Of a DNA stretch of 38,723 bases, positions 33,851-38,723 are shown piece by piece. Within the stretch, counting starts at the first letter, position 1, and the number at the start of each line of letters is the position of its first letter. Location of the stretch: the NCBI RefSeq assembly GCF_001194135.2, contig NC_068998.1, positions 46,122,828 to 46,161,550 of the forward strand, read 5' to 3'. Both the position numbers and the translations under genes were made by a program. The notes under the pieces were generated by a model. It saw nothing but the letters and a program-made list of their open reading frames with translations. It searched no databases and was not told the DNA's origin. Source of the DNA: Octopus bimaculoides (Eukaryota).

Positions 33851-34781
33851 CAGAGAGGAGAAATGAGAGAAGAAAGGGGAAAAAGAAAAAAATATTTTTT
33901 AAAAAATCACCCAATGTTGCAACAAAAAAGAAATAATAATCATAATGAATGTAAGAGGCACAAGGTTAGACAGTTTAGGGACCTAGTGTCGTTAATAATA
34001 TCCCCCGGTTTTCCTCATTTACCTGTGTCATCTCTCTCTCTACACTATTGCTAAATGCCGTCATTCTCTGTAGTTATTCGCATCATTGACAATATCGTCT
34101 GTCTTCCTCTCTGTTGGGTATCACCGATACCCTCATCTGTCTCCCTTGCTGGTGGATTAATATTTAGCTTATGATTTGGAGCCAGACTCTAAAAGGAATG
34201 TAAATACCACAAGGTATTTTACTCAATGCTTCTGCAAATCCCCAACTTTCGTAGTCATAACAAAATAATTTTTTTTTTTTTTTAAACAAAGACAAAGCCA
34301 GAAAATTTGGGAAAGAGAAAGAGTCAATTAAATCAGCACCAGTATGTATGTTGCTGGGAATTGAACCCTAGAAGGATGAAAGACGTAATTGGCCTTAGTC
34401 AATAAGTAAAGGGCCATCACTGAATATCACAAAATATTTTTTGTCCAATACTTTTATTCTGCCAATCTACTGCAATAATAATAATTCTAATTTAAGCACA
34501 AGGGTCAGCAATTTAAAAGAGGTTGATCACATCAATCCCAGGATTCAAGTGGTATTTATTCTATTGAACCTGGGAGGATGAAAGGCAAAGTCGACCTCGG
34601 AAGAATTTGAGCCCAAAGAACTACTGCTATGCATGTTGTTGGACTCACACTAACGATTCTATCAACTTGTCACCTTAATAATAATAATAATAATAATTCT
34701 AATTTAGGCACACAGGCTAGCAATTTTGAAGGGAGGAGGCCAAGCCAATTACATCAACAATTTTCTGACAGCTTGCCACCA

Positions 34782-34824
34782 TCATAATGTTAGTCATAAT
34801 GTTAGTCATAATGTTAGTCATAAT
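34782..34824. repeat. 12-bp tandem repeat (tcataatgttag) x3.6
   Basis: Perfect copies are directly visible. Confidence 0.9.
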
Positions 34825-35794
34825 CCTGTGTACTTAGTGCACCTACCCTTGTAGTTTACTTGAAGTAATTGTGTGCGTTTCCTTGGGTTATTTTCATTTT
34901 ACCTGAGTGCATTCATGACAGAAGGGGAAGTCAACAGCACCCACTAGTGGTACCTTTTAGTGTTAACACATGCTCCATTTCTCGACTGCTTCCTCCTATT
35001 ATGGTGACTTATACAGAACAACAAAGAAAGGAGGACAGAAAGAGTGGCAGTGTCAGGGACTGTTGAAACAGAAATATGATAGAGGTGAAAGGAAGAGGTG
35101 TTGCAATGAAACTAACAGCTCCTCCTCCTCCTCTTCCTCCCACTAAAATCATGTATTTCCCTCTAAAAGTTGACCCTGTGCCTCATAACAATTTTCTTTT
35201 TTTGACAGCCAGGAGGTAAATTTTACTTTACAAATTCACCATTTTCATTGGTCCTTTTCAAGGCTCCAATCCTACACACATACATACACACACACACAAA
35301 TGAAAACGTCAAACTGGATAGAATTCTGAAATCAAAGAGAATTTCAGAACAAAACTAAACACCATAAGGCTCTTCAAACAGACACAGCACTTTGAGAACA
35401 TTCCACCTCTATTATTATTATTATAATCATTGTTATTTATGTTTTCTTTAAAACTCTAAAATTAATAATAAATGTGAAATCATTTTAAAAGAATTCATTA
35501 TTATTATTATTATTTTAAAAAAATCCAATGATAAACAGAAAGAAATATATATAAAGAAAGAAGAATATAAGACAAAAGTGTGTGTATGTATGTATGTATG
35601 TATGTATGTATGAGAGAGAGAAGTTGTGCAGATGGGAGTTGACAGAGAAATTAACAAATATAATATTTAAAAAATAAAGAAATGAAAAAAAAAAGGTGTG
35701 TGGATGGGGTGGGGGTGGGGGTGAAGAAACAAAGGGAAATAAATAAAAAAAAACGGTGTGTTGTGAAAGAATAACAAAGGAAAGAACAGCAATA

Positions 35795-36075
35795 ATATCA
35801 CCTGGTGATGACAGGAACACCAGGTGATAATGACAGCCTCACCTAGCAATTGATGACAGCCACACCTGGTAATGACAACCACCACCTCACCTGGTAATGT
35901 CAGAATTTCACAGTTGATGAAAAACATCACCTGTACCTGTTTAGTAGCAAGAAAACCAGGCGGCGGCTGATACCAGGTGATGAGTGACATCAGGTGATGT
36001 CAGCATCACTTAGCAATGACAGAGATGCCAAGTGATGACAGCAACACCAAATGATGACAGCAACATTGAGTCATG
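35795..36075. repeat. Degenerate ~20-bp minisatellite (cacc(t/a)ggtgatgacagcaa-like)
   Basis: Repeated cacctgg/caggtga and tgacag blocks. Confidence 0.7.
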
Positions 36076-36409
36076 TCAGCACCAAGAAAAGAACGGTGCC
36101 CTATGAGCAAAACTTTGTGTAAATCGAGGATAACCAACCAGGTTTGATGTTCGCTCCACCGTTACCACAGGCATTTGAACTAATTCTACAGGAGACTTGC
36201 CATTTTGTAGAGCTCGTTGTATATTTATTATCTAAAACAGAAAAGAGAGGAAAGAGATAATTAAAATAGAAAACCAAATAAATAGGCGTAGGAGTGGCTG
36301 TGTGGTAAGTAGCTTGCTTACCAACAACATGCACAAGCTCATTTACTAACACCGTTAAAAATTAATCAAGCATTATCGTGTAGCTTTGAGATTTCGATGA
36401 TCTTTTCTT

Positions 36410-36687
36410 TATTCTTTCACTTGTTTCAGTCCTTTGACTGCAGCCATGCTGGAGCACCGCTTTAAACGGTTTTTTTCTCAAAACAAGGAAAAATTGAGCC
36501 TAGTACTTATTCTGTCAGCCACTTTTGCTGAACCGTTAAGTTATAGGGATATAAAAACACCAGCCTCAGTTGTCAAGCAAAGGTGATGGGGACAAACACA
36601 GACACAAAGACACACATATATGACAGGCTTCTTTCAGTTTACACCTACCAAATCCGCTCACAAGGCTTGGTCAGCCTGAGGTTATAG
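36410..36687 (-). mobile_element. SINE family A, truncated abruptly at 36687
   Basis: It matches the family in reverse up to cctgaggttatag. The expected continuation (tagaagacac) is replaced by unrelated sequence. Confidence 0.7.
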
Positions 36688-36792
36688 GGGTTTCCTATAA
36701 GTAGGTTATCTCCCTTGGCTAGGCGGCGCTCCATGTAGATAATTAAACTTCCGGAGGCTACCCACGCCATTGTTATTGTTTTACGTCTTATC

Positions 36793-37036
36793 ATGGATAT
36801 AAAGCAGCTTGATGATTCAGCTATCGAAGTACTTACTGTGCCTGAGTTAAAGAAAGATTTAAGATTATATGGACAGTATGTTACTGGAAGAAAGGCGGAC
36901 TTGACTGAAAGGTTGAAAGGAATAAAAATTCTGTCAATGAAGAATGTCAACAAAGTAAATTCATCGGACGATAAGTCTGAAGTATTGGACGATACTTCAG
37001 ACAGGAATAAGCAGAAGCATATATCTCCTCTCGGTG
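36793..37036 (+). CDS. 5' part of an ORF encoding a SAP-domain protein, probably transposon-borne; runs into an N gap
   Basis: ATG at 36793, then 81 stop-free codons: MDIKQLDDSAIEVLTVPELKKDLRLYGQYVTGRKADLTERLKGIKILSMKN... The segment LTVPELKKDLRLYGQYVTGRKADLTERL fits the SAP consensus L.V.EL+..L...G....G.K..L..RL. Confidence 0.65.
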
Positions 37037-37989
37037 NNNNNNNNNNNNNNNNNNNNNNNNNNNNNNNNNNNNNNNNNNNNNNNNNNNNNNNNNNNNNNNN
37101 NNNNNNNNNNNNNNNNNNNNNNNNNNNNNNNNNNNNNNNNNNNNNNNNNNNNNNNNNNNNNNNNNNNNNNNNNNNNNNNNNNNNNNNNNNNNNNNNNNNN
37201 NNNNNNNNNNNNNNNNNNNNNNNNNNNNNNNNNNNNNNNNNNNNNNNNNNNNNNNNNNNNNNNNNNNNNNNNNNNNNNNNNNNNNNNNNNNNNNNNNNNN
37301 NNNNNNNNNNNNNNNNNNNNNNNNNNNNNNNNNNNNNNNNNNNNNNNNNNNNNNNNNNNNNNNNNNNNNNNNNNNNNNNNNNNNNNNNNNNNNNNNNNNN
37401 NNNNNNNNNNNNNNNNNNNNNNNNNNNNNNNNNNNNNNNNNNNNNNNNNNNNNNNNNNNNNNNNNNNNNNNNNNNNNNNNNNNNNNNNNNNNNNNNNNNN
37501 NNNNNNNNNNNNNNNNNNNNNNNNNNNNNNNNNNNNNNNNNNNNNNNNNNNNNNNNNNNNNNNNNNNNNNNNNNNNNNNNNNNNNNNNNNNNNNNNNNNN
37601 NNNNNNNNNNNNNNNNNNNNNNNNNNNNNNNNNNNNNNNNNNNNNNNNNNNNNNNNNNNNNNNNNNNNNNNNNNNNNNNNNNNNNNNNNNNNNNNNNNNN
37701 NNNNNNNNNNNNNNNNNNNNNNNNNNNNNNNNNNNNNNNNNNNNNNNNNNNNNNNNNNNNNNNNNNNNNNNNNNNNNNNNNNNNNNNNNNNNNNNNNNNN
37801 NNNNNNNNNNNNNNNNNNNNNNNNNNNNNNNNNNNNNNNNNNNNNNNNNNNNNNNNNNNNNNNNNNNNNNNNNNNNNNNNNNNNNNNNNNNNNNNNNNNN
37901 NNNNNNNNNNNNNNNNNNNNNNNNNNNNNNNNNNNNNNNNNNNNNNNNNNNNNNNNNNNNNNNNNNNNNNNNNNNNNNNNNNNNNNNNN

Positions 37990-38723
37990 AATGAGACCCA
38001 GCATGGTTTCCGTCCAGGTAGAAGCTGCCTCACGCAGCTCTTGCAGCATTATGACTGGGTCCTGAAGCAGCTACTTGACCATTCAAATGTTGATGTGATA
38101 TATCTCGACTTTGCAAAAGCCTTTGACAAAGTTGATCATGGCTTGATATGTCACAAGCTGCGAAACCTTGGCATAGCTGGTAAATTAGTAGAGTGGCTGC
38201 ATGACTTCCTGAATGGTAGAAGTCAGACAGTTGCAGCCAATGGAGAACTATCTAGGGAAATACAAATATTGAGCGGTGTTCCGCAAGGAACTGTTCTGGA
38301 CATGCCCACGGTCACTCGGAGAACAACTGTCACTAACTACGCTGATGACACAAAGCTATCTCAGGCAATAAAGAATCCTGATATTGTAAGCCTGCAGAAT
38401 GACCTAAATGCCATATATGAGTGGGCAGAGCAAAATAATATGCAGTTCAATGCAAAAAAATTTCAAGTACTGCGCTATAAGGCCACAAGTCCCTCCCAAC
38501 TGGCATACACAGGACCTGGAGGTACTGCAATCCCAGAACCACAAACAGTAAGAGACCTGGGCATCAACATGTGTAGTGATGCATCATTTCACATGCACAT
38601 TGTCAAGTTGACAGCAAAGTGCAGACAACTGGCAGGGTGGATACTGAGGACATTCCGTACAAGGGATCAAAAAGTCATGTTGACTCTATGGAAGACATTT
38701 GTTCTGAGCCGCCTAGACTATTG
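37990..38723 (+). mobile_element. CR1/Jockey-clade LINE reverse transcriptase; open frame, partial at both ends
   Basis: 244 stop-free codons: NETQHGFRPGRSCLTQLL...DVIYLDFAKAFDKVDHG...SGVPQGTVL...NYADDTK...LQNDLNAIYEWAEQNNMQFNAKK...RDLG...FRTRD...LWKTFVLSRLDY. Confidence 0.92.

Overview
This is AT-rich, microsatellite- and SINE-dense eukaryotic genomic DNA with many N gaps. The repeat families and texture suggest an octopod cephalopod draft assembly (inference). One host gene can be rebuilt by hand: a five-exon, minus-strand HPDL-type gene (4-hydroxyphenylpyruvate dioxygenase-like) spanning 14266-24586. All four introns are GT-AG with compatible phases, the CDS is 1353 nt (450 aa), and the His-His-Glu iron triad is intact. 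Most of the remainder is transposable-element material: two or three SINE families, RTE- and CR1-type LINE relics, several small MITEs (some nested with target-site duplications), minisatellites, and a ~278-bp tandem unit containing tRNA-like relics. Two reading frames are missing from the supplied ORF track because they run through a gap to the window end without a stop. These are a SAP-domain ORF starting at 36793 and an uninterrupted CR1/Jockey-type reverse transcriptase frame at 37990-38723. I cannot demonstrate a new biological system from sequence alone. The best leads are the SAP-ORF/RT locus and the intron-containing HPDL gene.
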